Of a stretch of DNA of 64,000 nucleotides, positions 1-10,194 are shown in pieces (the first letter of the stretch is position 1; each line of letters opens with the position of its first letter). Source of the DNA: Promethearchaeota archaeon (lineage in GTDB: Archaea > Asgardarchaeota > Lokiarchaeia > Sigyniarchaeales > SOKP01); assembly GCA_030599585.1 (NCBI GenBank), contig JAUVNS010000011.1:64001-128000 (forward strand), in the 5' to 3' direction. The notes beneath the pieces were generated by a model. That model ran no database searches and was not told the DNA's origin. It saw only the letters and a program-made list of their open reading frames with translations. The position numbers and the translations under genes are program-made.

Positions 1-1138
1 TGACTTTATCGCATATTTCCATTCTTTCATCACATCGTGGGTGAAATCTACAGCCAGACGGGGGGTAGATTAAATTAGGGACCATTCCTCTAATAACACG
101 TAATTTTTGATCTCTCTTTTCAATACTTGGAATAGCTGCTATTAATCCTTTTGTGTAAGGATGCCGTGGATTATTGAAAAGATCCATTGCGGAAGCGTAT
201 TCAACAATATTACCGCTATACATTACAGCTACTCTATCACACATTTCAGCGATGATGCCTAAATCGTGAGTAATTAAGAGGAGTGACGTTTTAAACCTGG
301 TTTTTAAATCCTTCATTAAATCAAGAATTTGAGCTTGGATCGTTACATCTAAGGCAGTTGTGGGTTCATCAGCAATTAGAAGTGAAGGATTGCATGATAA
401 AGCCATAGCGATCATTATTCTCTGCCTCATACCGCCACTTAATTCATGAGGATATCTTTTTAATATTTCTTGAGAATCTGCTATTCCCACTTCTGCTATT
501 ATATTAGCAGAAACGTAATTTAATATATCCTTTAAGGTTGGAGGATTAGTATATTTTGATTTTAATTCTTTAATAGTTTTTTGTAAGTTTTCTTTTTCCT
601 CTTCCGATAGACGGTCACTGCTTTCTTTCAATTTCTTTGCAAGAAGTTTCTTTTCTTTGAGTTTTTCTTTCCTTTCTAAATTTTTCTCGTCACGAAGTTT
701 TTTAATTTCGTTATTTTGGTGTAGTGCGAATACTTCGCTTATTTGTTTACCAACTGAAATTACTGGATTAAGAGAATTTAAAGGATCTTGAAAGATCATG
801 GTAATATTGTTTCCTCGATGTGCTCGTATTTCGTTTTTATTCAGCGTTAAAAGGTTGATCCCCTTAAATTTTATTTCTCCCCTCATAATCTTCCCTGGTG
901 CTCTTACAAGCCGTAAAATTGAGAGAGCAGTAACGGACTTTCCACAACCTGTTTCACCAACGAGTCCAAGTACTTCGTCCTCATAAATATCGAAAGAAAC
1001 GCCATCAACGGCTTTAACAACGCCTTCTTCAGTAAAAAAATATGTTGTTAAATTTTTAACTTCAAGTAGTTTTTTAGAACTATTTTCTTCAACCGAAGAA
1101 TTTGTCCCAAAATTTTCACTATTATCAATAGTATTCAT
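1..1138 (-). CDS. dppD: Oligopeptide/dipeptide ABC transporter ATP-binding subunit (3' end runs off the window)
   Basis: Not in the ORF track; translated by hand from ATG at 1138. Contains KAVDGVSF, Walker A GETGCGKS, IFQDP, signature YPHELSGGMRQR, Walker B LLIADEPTTALD, ITHDLG, HPYT and GCRFHPRC. Confidence 0.95.
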   Translation of the reverse strand, partial: MNTIDNSENFGTNSSVEENSSKKLLEVKNLTTYFFTEEGVVKAVDGVSFDIYEDEVLGLVGETGCGKSVTALSILRLVRAPGKIMRGEIKFKGINLLTLNKNEIRAHRGNNITMIFQDPLNSLNPVISVGKQISEVFALHQNNEIKKLRDEKNLERKEKLKEKKLLAKKLKESSDRLSEEEKENLQKTIKELKSKYTNPPTLKDILNYVSANIIAEVGIADSQEILKRYPHELSGGMRQRIMIAMALSCNPSLLIADEPTTALDVTIQAQILDLMKDLKTRFKTSLLLITHDLGIIAEMCDRVAVMYSGNIVEYASAMDLFNNPRHPYTKGLIAAIPSIEKRDQKLRVIRGMVPNLIYPPSGCRFHPRCDERMEICDKV

Positions 1139-1187
1139 ATTTATTCTATTTCTATTTTATATAATTAAAATTTAATTTAAAGTAATA

Positions 1188-2189
1188 CTATAAGTTCTTT
1201 AGTTTTGGGTCTAGAGCGTCTCTTAAACCGTCTCCAAGTAACATAAATCCTAATACCGTAATAAGGATAATAAAACCAGGCCATAAAGAAGCCCATGGAG
1301 CGTCATATAGGTGAAGTCGAGCTTCAGCAATATCATTTCCCCACTCTATCATCCTAGGATCGCTAAATCCTAAAAAGGCAAGACCAGCTAAGCTAAGAAT
1401 AATTCCTCCAATGTCAAACGTAAAAGAGATAATAATTGGTTGGATAACATTGGGTAATATGTGTTTAAACATAATTCTCAAATTTCCTGCTCCCGACACT
1501 TTTGCTGCTTCAATATATGGTAATTTTCGTGCTTGCAATACGTTTCCCCTAATTAGCCGGGAATAATACGGAATGCCCAAGATCCCCCATGCTAACATGA
1601 TAAATTGAATTTCCTGACCCCAAATAGCTATAAACACCATAGCAAGAATCAATCCGGGAAATGCAAGGAAAATATCCATGATTCTCATTATAATCGAATC
1701 GACCCATCCACCGTAATAAGCAGAAATGACTCCAATTATAACCCCAAATAAAACACTAAAGGTTATTGCAGGTAGAGCAATTGTTAGAGACGATCTTGCC
1801 CCCCATATAAGTCTTGTTAGTACATCGCGACCAAAACTCGTTTTACCTAAAGGATTGACGTCATTTGGAGGACCCCATTCATTATAATATATTCCGTTAG
1901 CTTCTATGAATGTGCCTGGAGATATCCAAGGCGCTAAAACCGCGAGTGATACGATTACAAAAATTAAAATAATTCCAATAATTGTTAAAAATGACTTAAA
2001 CCGGCGAATGAACTTTCTCTTGCTTTTTGATCGTTCGAATTCTAATTCCCGTAGTGTCAACTCTTCCAATCTTGATCCCGGTACGAGGAGAAATTTAATA
2101 TTGCTTCCGAACCATGAAAGAACCTCACGAACTATGCTCTTTTCCTTTTTTATTTTAAATTCCTCTTCATATATTTGTTCTTGTGTCAT
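1188..2189 (-). CDS. dppC: Peptide ABC transporter permease (DppC/OppC)
   Basis: LGKTSFGRDVLTRLIWGAR, EAA loop YIEAAKVSGAG, GDGLRDALDPK, about 6 TM segments. Confidence 0.95.
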   Translation of the reverse strand: MTQEQIYEEEFKIKKEKSIVREVLSWFGSNIKFLLVPGSRLEELTLRELEFERSKSKRKFIRRFKSFLTIIGIILIFVIVSLAVLAPWISPGTFIEANGIYYNEWGPPNDVNPLGKTSFGRDVLTRLIWGARSSLTIALPAITFSVLFGVIIGVISAYYGGWVDSIIMRIMDIFLAFPGLILAMVFIAIWGQEIQFIMLAWGILGIPYYSRLIRGNVLQARKLPYIEAAKVSGAGNLRIMFKHILPNVIQPIIISFTFDIGGIILSLAGLAFLGFSDPRMIEWGNDIAEARLHLYDAPWASLWPGFIILITVLGFMLLGDGLRDALDPKLKNL

Positions 2190-2228
2190 TATTTCTCAAA
2201 TTTTTTTTTTTAATTTTTAATTCTATTA

Positions 2229-3248
2229 TTAATAAACTATTCTTGGGTCCAACATTGCGTAAATAACATCGGTTACTAAATTTATTGAAACAAACAAAAT
2301 TGTAATTACAAATACAAGCGCGTTCATTACCCAATAATCAACATCTCTTATAGAAGCGATCAGAAGTTCTCCTACACCAACCAAACCAAAAGTTGTTTCG
2401 GTTAAAACGGCTCCAGATAATAAACCAGCAAAGCTTAGTCCTATTACCGTAATAGTGGGAATTAGCGAATTCTTTCGAGCGTGTGTATTTATAACATCCT
2501 TTTCTTTACAACCCTTCGCTCTTGCTGTTCTAACATAGTCTTGCTCTAATACTTCTAACATACTCGAACGACTTTGTCTAGTAATCCCCGCCAAAATGAT
2601 GAATGATAAACAAACAACCGGTAATACAAGGTGATATAAATAGTCTCCTATCATATAAAATTCACCTGACAGAAATGCGTCAATCATTCTGAAACCAGTA
2701 ACTAACTCCGGGTTAGGATAACTGTAAGTCTTAAATCCTGTAGTAGGAAAAATTGGAACCAGATATCCTACCGTAAATTGAAGTATCATCCCCATAAAAA
2801 ATACGGGAATTGCTACCCCAATAAGTGCTAAGCCCCTTAAAATCGTATCTTTGGGTTTGTTTCTATTAACAGCAGATACTACACCTGTTTTAATTCCAAG
2901 GAATCCAGCAATTAACATCGAAAAGATTGCGATATCTACAGTTCTTGGTAATCTTTGCATAATAAGAGACCAGACAGATTGACCTCTATTAATAGATACA
3001 GAAAATCCCCAATTACCTACAAATAAATCTCCCAAATACCTAAAATATTGGACTATTATTGGCTGATCAAATCCAAGTTCGTGTCTCATTTGGTTATACA
3101 ATGCGACATCAACTTTTCCTTCGGGAAGATAAGCTAAAATAGGGTCACCTGGCATCAACCTAGATAATACAAAAACTAAGGTTAACGTTCCAAATAACAC
3201 GGGTATCATCGCAATCATTCGTCTAATAATAAACTTTATCATACTCAT
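2229..3248 (-). CDS. dppB: Peptide ABC transporter permease (DppB/OppB)
   Basis: MPGDP, QYFRYL, RSSMLEVLEQDYVRTARAKG, ETTF, LDPRI. Confidence 0.95.
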   Translation of the reverse strand: MSMIKFIIRRMIAMIPVLFGTLTLVFVLSRLMPGDPILAYLPEGKVDVALYNQMRHELGFDQPIIVQYFRYLGDLFVGNWGFSVSINRGQSVWSLIMQRLPRTVDIAIFSMLIAGFLGIKTGVVSAVNRNKPKDTILRGLALIGVAIPVFFMGMILQFTVGYLVPIFPTTGFKTYSYPNPELVTGFRMIDAFLSGEFYMIGDYLYHLVLPVVCLSFIILAGITRQSRSSMLEVLEQDYVRTARAKGCKEKDVINTHARKNSLIPTITVIGLSFAGLLSGAVLTETTFGLVGVGELLIASIRDVDYWVMNALVFVITILFVSINLVTDVIYAMLDPRIVY

Positions 3249-3301
3249 TTTTTTTTATCCTCCGTAAAGGTATTTTATTTATTTTTTATATATATAAGTT
3301 G

Positions 3302-3760
3302 TTAAGTTTCAATTTCTTTTGTTCTTTTGGTAAAGCGAGCATATGATTCTTTTGTGATCGCAGCAAGAAGCGCTGATAAAATATTGATACCTAATAATAC
3401 CAAGATGTTAATGTATGTTTCAAATCTTGTGAAATAAAAACCAATCATAAAAATATCAAATCCATTAATAAACCAATACCAAATCCAAGACATTACAATA
3501 ATAAAGGGAATAAGCCATATGCTATTGCGAATACCGTATTCAAAAAAGTTTTCTCTTAATACCATTAAAAATACAATCCCAAAAAGTAAAATGCCTGAAA
3601 GAATTGCAATTGGATCAAACATAGCTTGATATAGAAATAATACTTTTTCTCCAACGGTCCTTTCGTAAATATTGCAAATATATCCAAAAAATACGAAATG
3701 TAAAAGTAATAAGGCTACAATGAAGTTGCCTTGTCTCCCGAATTCAATTTTAAATTTCAT
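3302..3760 (-). CDS. Small 4-TM hypothetical membrane protein inside the dpp operon
   Basis: Four hydrophobic segments; ATGA overlap with the upstream gene (translational coupling). Confidence 0.7.
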   Translation of the reverse strand: MKFKIEFGRQGNFIVALLLLHFVFFGYICNIYERTVGEKVLFLYQAMFDPIAILSGILLFGIVFLMVLRENFFEYGIRNSIWLIPFIIVMSWIWYWFINGFDIFMIGFYFTRFETYINILVLLGINILSALLAAITKESYARFTKRTKEIET

Positions 3761-4614
3761 AACAATCTCATTAAATCATCGTTCAATTTTAAATCTTTCA
3801 GATGAAAACTCTTACCAGACTTAACATTATTCGACTTTTTGATAATAATTTTATTAAAATCACGTAAATTTATATAGTTTATTTTTTTTTTCTCTTCGGT
3901 TAATATTTTTTTATCAAAGAAAAAACAATCGAGAAGATCGTCATAAATCAAATAAGGAACAAATTCCATTTTCTTCATTCGATTAGTTTTAGCATCAAGA
4001 ATGTCAATTGAAGTAATTTGAGGATGATACTTTTTTTTTTTTTCTAAATATAACTTAACATTTTCTAGTTCTCCTTTTACTTGAATTTTAAAGCTATTTT
4101 GTTCAATTTTTTCACGAAAATATGTAATCATATTATCACAATATTGAACGAGTTCTAAGCGATAATTTTCGCTATTGAAAGATAATTTTTTTTTTTCTAT
4201 CTTTGAATACAAAATTAGAAATTCAGAAAGTAAATATGTAAATGAGTCACTAAAATCGGGGATATTGGCTATAACATTTATTGATTTACCGAACCATTTA
4301 CTAAGAATTTCGTTTTTTAACATTCTATAGTTGGTTTCGTTATATTTTACTTTTGCAAAATTTATTAAATTTTCAATTCCAACTTTGAAAAAAGATACGA
4401 AATCAATAGAGAAATCTAATTTTTCACCCAAATCGCGCAACTTTTTGAAATCAGGTAATATAAACAGTGTTGGATCTCCGTTTAATACCTTGTCAATTCT
4501 CATTGGAATCGGCATTATTGGTACTTTAAAATAGTCGTTAGGTAACACGTCAAAATAAAAACAAATTGGGGAAATATCTCTTTTATTTGATTTCAATTTT
4601 GCGAGGGAGCACAT
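3757..4614 (-). CDS. Hypothetical soluble protein inside the dpp operon
   Basis: 285-aa ORF, co-oriented with and coupled to its neighbours; no motif recognised; start uncertain. Confidence 0.65.
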   Translation of the reverse strand: MCSLAKLKSNKRDISPICFYFDVLPNDYFKVPIMPIPMRIDKVLNGDPTLFILPDFKKLRDLGEKLDFSIDFVSFFKVGIENLINFAKVKYNETNYRMLKNEILSKWFGKSINVIANIPDFSDSFTYLLSEFLILYSKIEKKKLSFNSENYRLELVQYCDNMITYFREKIEQNSFKIQVKGELENVKLYLEKKKKYHPQITSIDILDAKTNRMKKMEFVPYLIYDDLLDCFFFDKKILTEEKKKINYINLRDFNKIIIKKSNNVKSGKSFHLKDLKLNDDLMRLL

Positions 4615-4703
4615 TCAAGTATTTGAAAAAATTAAGAACTTAAATAATAATTAAAAAAAAAAGTTTGTTAAAATTTATTTTTGTATTTTTAGGAACTTTA
4701 TTC

Positions 4704-6410
4704 CTAATATTCCGAGGGTACACGATACATTGTATAGATGTAGAAACCGCCCATAGCATTGTATGAGACGCCTTTTATATCCGCCGAGTGAACAGAGTGC
4801 TGATAAGGATGGTATCCAAACGCATGAGGCATATCTACTTCAACTATTTGATGTAAAATTTTGGAGTAGAGAATATCTCTTGCACCTGCATCAGTTTCAG
4901 TTAAGACTTCAGCCAGCCAATCTTCAACGTCTTGATTGCCATATTGACATGAGTCAGAGGCAGATTTGTTGGAGAATAATGGCGCAATCATATTGAACGG
5001 AGATAGATAATCAGGTCCCCATCCAATCCAGTAAAGCATTAACGTATCGTATCCACCAGGTTCCATATAACCGTATGCTCGATAGATGAAATCAGCCCAG
5101 GACATTCCCTGGTCAACAACATCAATTCCAATTAGGTCAAGGTTGTCATCTAATAAAACTCCTAAGTCTTCTCTGAATGCATTTCCTATGTTATAGGAAT
5201 AGTTCCATTGAACAAGATCTAAAGCTCTCCAAGCTATAGCGTTCGCTCCCGTTGTAAGGTTATCAGCAGTTAATCCAGTAGCAAACATGCTATTGACAAG
5301 TCCTCTTGCTTTTGCTAAATCCCAAACTTCCGCTTTAATACTAGCGTTATAACCAGGGAAATCAGGTGCTAATGGACCATTTGATCGATAGACTGTACCT
5401 TGCTGTAATTCATCGATAATGTATGTATAGTTAATGGCGGCAGATATAGCTCGTCTCCATGTTACGTTGATCCTTTTATTGTTCATACCAAGATAATAGT
5501 AGCTCATGGCACGTCCACCAGCACGGTGGGTAATTGTAACATCTGCGTCATAGGTAGGGAATAATGCAGCCTCAGAGCCAGACAAATAGTCAATAGTATG
5601 GCCTAACATTGCGTTGTTCCTTGTAGTAGAGTCTTCTATAATTGCGAAAGTTACTTCTTCGAAGTATGCGCCAGTTCTCCAGTATCTATCCCATCTTGTG
5701 AATTTAACTTCTGTGTCAGCAATGTAATGGTCGTACATGAAAGGACCAGTTCCAACTAGATCTCCTGTTGCTGTTTCGATATATGCGGTTCCATTGGTTG
5801 CTGTAGGTGATAACATGTAAGCGGTAACATAGCAGATTAAAGGTTCAAACACTGCATATGGCGCTCTCAAGTTAAGCGTCACACTGTATTCACTATTAAC
5901 TGTAACTGGGGTAGTAGGATGTAGAATTGTCGTTCCGTTTGGGAATTCGTATAATGAGTGAATCTGGGATATTCCTACTGATCCGGGTAAAGTTAATGAT
6001 GCGTTTATAAAGTAGTTAATTCTCTCAAAAGTAAATTTTACTGCGTCAGCATTAAACGGTGTTCCGTCGTGGAAAAAGACATTTCTTCGCAATGGAATAG
6101 TTAAATGGGTTCCAGTAATATCCCAAGATCCTAATTCTGTTGCAAGCACGGGAATAATTCCAAGATTTGGATCAGACAAGTTATATTGATATAATCCCTC
6201 AGCTACCTGTTCAATTACGTCGTTTGACGCACTATCCCAGGAGCGAACTGGATCTAAGTCTGATGGACCTGAACTCGTACCGAATACAAAAGTTATGTTG
6301 TCGGGAGGAGCAATTGTGATGTCTGGTCCAATTGCAAGAAAAATATTTCCAACACCAGAAGCGACTAAAGCTACGGCTAAAATAAGTATCGCGATATTTT
6401 TTTTTTCCAT
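4704..6410 (-). CDS. dppA: Peptide ABC transporter substrate-binding protein (family 5)
   Basis: N-terminal anchor; LRRNVFFHDGTPFNADAVKFTFER (SBP family 5 signature); GTGPF; RRAISAAIN. Confidence 0.92.
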   Translation of the reverse strand: MEKKNIAILILAVALVASGVGNIFLAIGPDITIAPPDNITFVFGTSSGPSDLDPVRSWDSASNDVIEQVAEGLYQYNLSDPNLGIIPVLATELGSWDITGTHLTIPLRRNVFFHDGTPFNADAVKFTFERINYFINASLTLPGSVGISQIHSLYEFPNGTTILHPTTPVTVNSEYSVTLNLRAPYAVFEPLICYVTAYMLSPTATNGTAYIETATGDLVGTGPFMYDHYIADTEVKFTRWDRYWRTGAYFEEVTFAIIEDSTTRNNAMLGHTIDYLSGSEAALFPTYDADVTITHRAGGRAMSYYYLGMNNKRINVTWRRAISAAINYTYIIDELQQGTVYRSNGPLAPDFPGYNASIKAEVWDLAKARGLVNSMFATGLTADNLTTGANAIAWRALDLVQWNYSYNIGNAFREDLGVLLDDNLDLIGIDVVDQGMSWADFIYRAYGYMEPGGYDTLMLYWIGWGPDYLSPFNMIAPLFSNKSASDSCQYGNQDVEDWLAEVLTETDAGARDILYSKILHQIVEVDMPHAFGYHPYQHSVHSADIKGVSYNAMGGFYIYTMYRVPSEY

Positions 6411-6673
6411 TTCATAATCACTTAAAATTTAATTTTAAATTTTATAAATATTTTTTATTAGATTTGTAGTTAAATATCTACCTAAGCTCCGAAACTTATA
6501 AGGTTTTTCTTTTTTTTTGGTATTTGTTGATGTTCATTTTTTTGACGGAAAGTTGCCAAGTAGAAATTATTTGCATAATTTACATGGAAGATAATTTTTA
6601 TTCAGAGGAGCTTTAAAATAGGAAAGTAATGAACTTCAATGAATTGTAAAAAAAAAATCTGAAAAATAGCTAC

Positions 6674-7603
6674 TTACCCACCCAAAATTGATATTATTAT
6701 ATCAAAGTAAAATGAGAAAAAGAGGATGAAAAAGAGAAGAAGTCCTGAAATAATAATGCCTTTGTCAAAAAAAGCTTTTTCGGTCCTTCTTGCTAATTCT
6801 GGCTTAGCTGTGGTTAAATACATAAATCTCATGATTAAATAAAGCGATATTGGGATAGTGAATATTACAATATATTCTTGCAAATTTATAGTGGGCTCGA
6901 AAAGGGAAAATTTTAAAATGAGATAAAGAGAATACGTCATAAATAAGGATCCAGCAATCAACACGTGAAATTGCTCTAGTAGTTTTAGAGAATATTGATC
7001 GTAAACTTTTTTATGCTCGATCGCTTTATCCTTGCCAAGATACAACAAATCTCCTTTTCTTTTTGCTATGCTTAGGAACATCGCAATTTCAAATATCGCT
7101 AAAAATAGCCAAGCAGAGATGTAATCATTAATAATCACTACTCCAGATAGAGCTCGCCACAAATAGCCCGTAGATAACACTAGAATGTCGATAAAAGCAT
7201 ATTTTTTAAAGAAGTGATTGTATAGTTGTCCTGTTAAAATTATAAAAATAATCATTACCATTAAACTAATATTGGGAATAAGGAAGACCAAGGAGAATAC
7301 CATGAACCCTACAATTGCTATAAGTAATAACACCGCGACATACATAGGGAGTTCTCCTGATGCGAGGGGTTTCTTTTTTAATTTTTCTAGATGTTTTTTG
7401 TCATTCTCTACATCTATTATGTCGTTTATGATATAATTAAAAGAGGAAGCACAACAAAGTAAAATAAAACCTAAAATGAGAGGAAAATAAAGGTTATGAT
7501 AAAATATTTTTCTGCTGAAAAAGACCGCTACAAAAATTAAAAAATTCTTGTAATACTGTCTTATCCGTAAGAGTTGAAGAACACTTCTAATTTTGCTCGT
7601 CAT
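6674..7603 (-). CDS. UbiA-family transferase, decaprenyl-phosphate phosphoribosyltransferase-like subgroup
   Basis: RIRQYYKNFLIF, YIINDIIDVENDKKH...KPLASG, KRKGDL, about 9 TM segments. Confidence 0.82.
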   Translation of the reverse strand: MTSKIRSVLQLLRIRQYYKNFLIFVAVFFSRKIFYHNLYFPLILGFILLCCASSFNYIINDIIDVENDKKHLEKLKKKPLASGELPMYVAVLLLIAIVGFMVFSLVFLIPNISLMVMIIFIILTGQLYNHFFKKYAFIDILVLSTGYLWRALSGVVIINDYISAWLFLAIFEIAMFLSIAKRKGDLLYLGKDKAIEHKKVYDQYSLKLLEQFHVLIAGSLFMTYSLYLILKFSLFEPTINLQEYIVIFTIPISLYLIMRFMYLTTAKPELARRTEKAFFDKGIIISGLLLFFILFFSFYFDIIISILGG

Positions 7604-7631
7604 TATAAGATTTTAAACTGATGCATATCAA

Positions 7632-10175
7632 TTAAACTTTGTTGAGGTAAAAAATCTTATCTGGTTTAAACTTTTTCAAAAAAATGTAACCGAGTTTACT
7701 AAACAAACTCGTTTCCGCCTTTCTTTGAATATAAGCGGTCTCGTTTTCGAAAGATAACCCTTCTAATGATTTGTACGGAATTTTAACATCCTTACCAAAT
7801 ATGTTTGTTACATTCACATAGCTAAACAAGTTAGTTTGTTGTTCGTCTTGAGAGTTTTTTGTGCTCTGGGGATAAAATTTAAAATCTTTTAAATACCCAA
7901 TTTCGAAGTTATTCACAGGTTTTTTAAGATAAAAATAAGTTCTAGTTTGGTTTTCCACTAGCCAATTTAAAATTCTTCGTTCTGATTCTCGATATATATC
8001 TGATTTTTTTATCGTTATAGATATAACCTTAGGTTTAATTATCAAATCTTTAAGTGCGTAGCTTATTTTGATTTTTTCTCCATTTTGAGGTATTTCGTCA
8101 AAAATTAATTCTGATTCTTTGAAAACATCTGAAATTTTTACATTTGAACATTTAATTATTAAGGTTTCTCCTTTATTATTAAAGAAAATATCTTTACCGC
8201 TGAATGATTCAATTAAGCTTATAGGATTAGGTAATTTTGTTTCCTTTAGTGGTTTGAGAATTTCATGCCCACCATTATCTACGAAATTAAAATCGAGTTT
8301 TTTTTTATTGGGATTTATTTGAACATTTAAGAGTTTTAAGATGCCTTCCTTTTTTATATAATAGTGGTCCTTCAGAGAAATTTCAGATTTAGTATATTTT
8401 GAGGAATTTAGATTTTGAATTATATTATTTTCTAAATTTTTTACAACATATTCGTCAGTATCGCAAACATCATCTTTAAATTGAATATTTTCCAGTTTAC
8501 CTAAAAAGCGTTCATTTGTGAGCTTATTTTTAAAAATGAAGGTTTTTTCTATTTCTAATTTGTAGAGTTCTCTTCTGTTTAAATCGTGCATTAGGGTTGC
8601 AATATTTTTAATTTCGAAGTGCTCTCTAAACTTATCACTCGCAATTTCTTTAAATTTTCTTCTAGCAAGCTCAAAAAGTTTACCATAATATCTCTGTTTA
8701 GACCTTTTTAAACATATGAAAGGAAGTAACATTTCTTTTGTCGGTGTTAATTTATTATCAAGAATAGCAACAACTCTATGGTATGTGGGAGGATGAGAGT
8801 TAATTATATTACTTATGAGTGAAATCCTTTTTGGTTTAACTATTGATTTATTGATATAATCGGCCGTATTTAAGAAATTTAACATTTCGTTGTCTTTATT
8901 TATCTTTTCATCACATAATAGCATAGTGTTCAAACCAATTTCGCGCCCAGTCGCATAGAAGCTTTCTAAATTATAAAGTGCTTTCACTAGCTCATTAGCA
9001 TACCCTGCGTTTTTTGCTTTAGCATCAGCTTTTCCCTCTAGTATTCTAACAAACATAAACAGAATTACATAAATAAGAAGGTTGATTAATATAAATAAAA
9101 CGAAAGGAAGTTTGGGATTTCCAAAAGTATAATCGTAGTATGTAGCAGGAAAACCAAGAAGCAATCTAAATAATAGATCCCCAGTCGTGATAAAAGTTAA
9201 GATCAATGTATGTCTTCCCTTTGTATGAGCTAACTCGTGAGCAACAATACCCTTTAATTCGTCGATGGGAATCTCGTTAAAATCTTCAACTATAAGCGCT
9301 ATTCTTTTATCCAAAATGGAGCCATAGGCCATAGCATTTAATATGGGATATTTACCAATTCCTACTTTCACTTTAGTTTTTATTCCAATATCCAATTTTA
9401 TTTCTTCAATTAACTCTAAAATTTTTTCATCGTGAACTGGTTTAATTCCAAGTAAAAAATCTAAAACACGTCCTGAAATAAAGTAAATTACCCAATTTAT
9501 CATGATTAGAATAGTATAAACGTTAAAAATGAGCTCCCAGGGGGAAAAAGTATTAAATAGCAAGGATTTGTTAGAAACGAAGTTAAGAGGGGTATATTGG
9601 TTAATAAAAACAATAGCTAACCATGCGAGTATATAAAGAAATAGTGTTAAATATTGTGGAGACATGAACCTCCAAATAACAATATATTTTCGACCAAATA
9701 AAATAAATCCTAATACTAAAATTATCCAAAATGAAAAGGAAAAAGCTGTGTTTACTACAATTGGGTTATTAATGATACTCGATATAATACCCGAGACAAA
9801 AATCACATTATAAGTTACCAAAGATATTATTAAAATCTTATTCAAAACCGGATAATCCTTCAATTCTGCTATACCAAACCATAGGTATATTGAAAATGCT
9901 CCCATAATTGAAGTGAAGACATCTTTAGATATAAAAAAAATAAGAAAAAAAAAGAAAAGAAGAGCAACAAAATCACTCAATTCGCTTCTTTTACCACTTT
10001 TAGCCCATCTATAGAATTCTTCAATTATTAACAAATAAAAAATGAAAAGGACATAAAAAATCCAATCACCTAATATTGCAATCCAATTATCTAGAAGAGA
10101 AAATGAAATTAGCGAAAAAGATACGGTAGTTAATAGAAAGAAAATAAACAAACCAAAACGAGCGATTTTTTTCAT
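7632..10175 (-). CDS. Large M48-family (HtpX/Ste24-like) membrane zinc metalloprotease with a long C-terminal soluble region
   Basis: NAMAYG, ELKGIVAHELAH (HEXXH), RILEGKADA (third ligand Glu), LVKALYNL, SHPPTYHRV; about 7 N-terminal TM segments. Confidence 0.85.
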   Translation of the reverse strand: MKKIARFGLFIFFLLTTVSFSLISFSLLDNWIAILGDWIFYVLFIFYLLIIEEFYRWAKSGKRSELSDFVALLFFFFLIFFISKDVFTSIMGAFSIYLWFGIAELKDYPVLNKILIISLVTYNVIFVSGIISSIINNPIVVNTAFSFSFWIILVLGFILFGRKYIVIWRFMSPQYLTLFLYILAWLAIVFINQYTPLNFVSNKSLLFNTFSPWELIFNVYTILIMINWVIYFISGRVLDFLLGIKPVHDEKILELIEEIKLDIGIKTKVKVGIGKYPILNAMAYGSILDKRIALIVEDFNEIPIDELKGIVAHELAHTKGRHTLILTFITTGDLLFRLLLGFPATYYDYTFGNPKLPFVLFILINLLIYVILFMFVRILEGKADAKAKNAGYANELVKALYNLESFYATGREIGLNTMLLCDEKINKDNEMLNFLNTADYINKSIVKPKRISLISNIINSHPPTYHRVVAILDNKLTPTKEMLLPFICLKRSKQRYYGKLFELARRKFKEIASDKFREHFEIKNIATLMHDLNRRELYKLEIEKTFIFKNKLTNERFLGKLENIQFKDDVCDTDEYVVKNLENNIIQNLNSSKYTKSEISLKDHYYIKKEGILKLLNVQINPNKKKLDFNFVDNGGHEILKPLKETKLPNPISLIESFSGKDIFFNNKGETLIIKCSNVKISDVFKESELIFDEIPQNGEKIKISYALKDLIIKPKVISITIKKSDIYRESERRILNWLVENQTRTYFYLKKPVNNFEIGYLKDFKFYPQSTKNSQDEQQTNLFSYVNVTNIFGKDVKIPYKSLEGLSFENETAYIQRKAETSLFSKLGYIFLKKFKPDKIFYLNKV

Positions 10176-10194
10176 CTTAAACCCTTTATTTCAG

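Noticed and set aside
3880-4200. Homopolymer runs of 9-12 nt as phase-variation or frameshift sites
   Set aside because: They encode poly-Lys in frame and are common throughout this AT-rich sequence; no broken ORF was seen.
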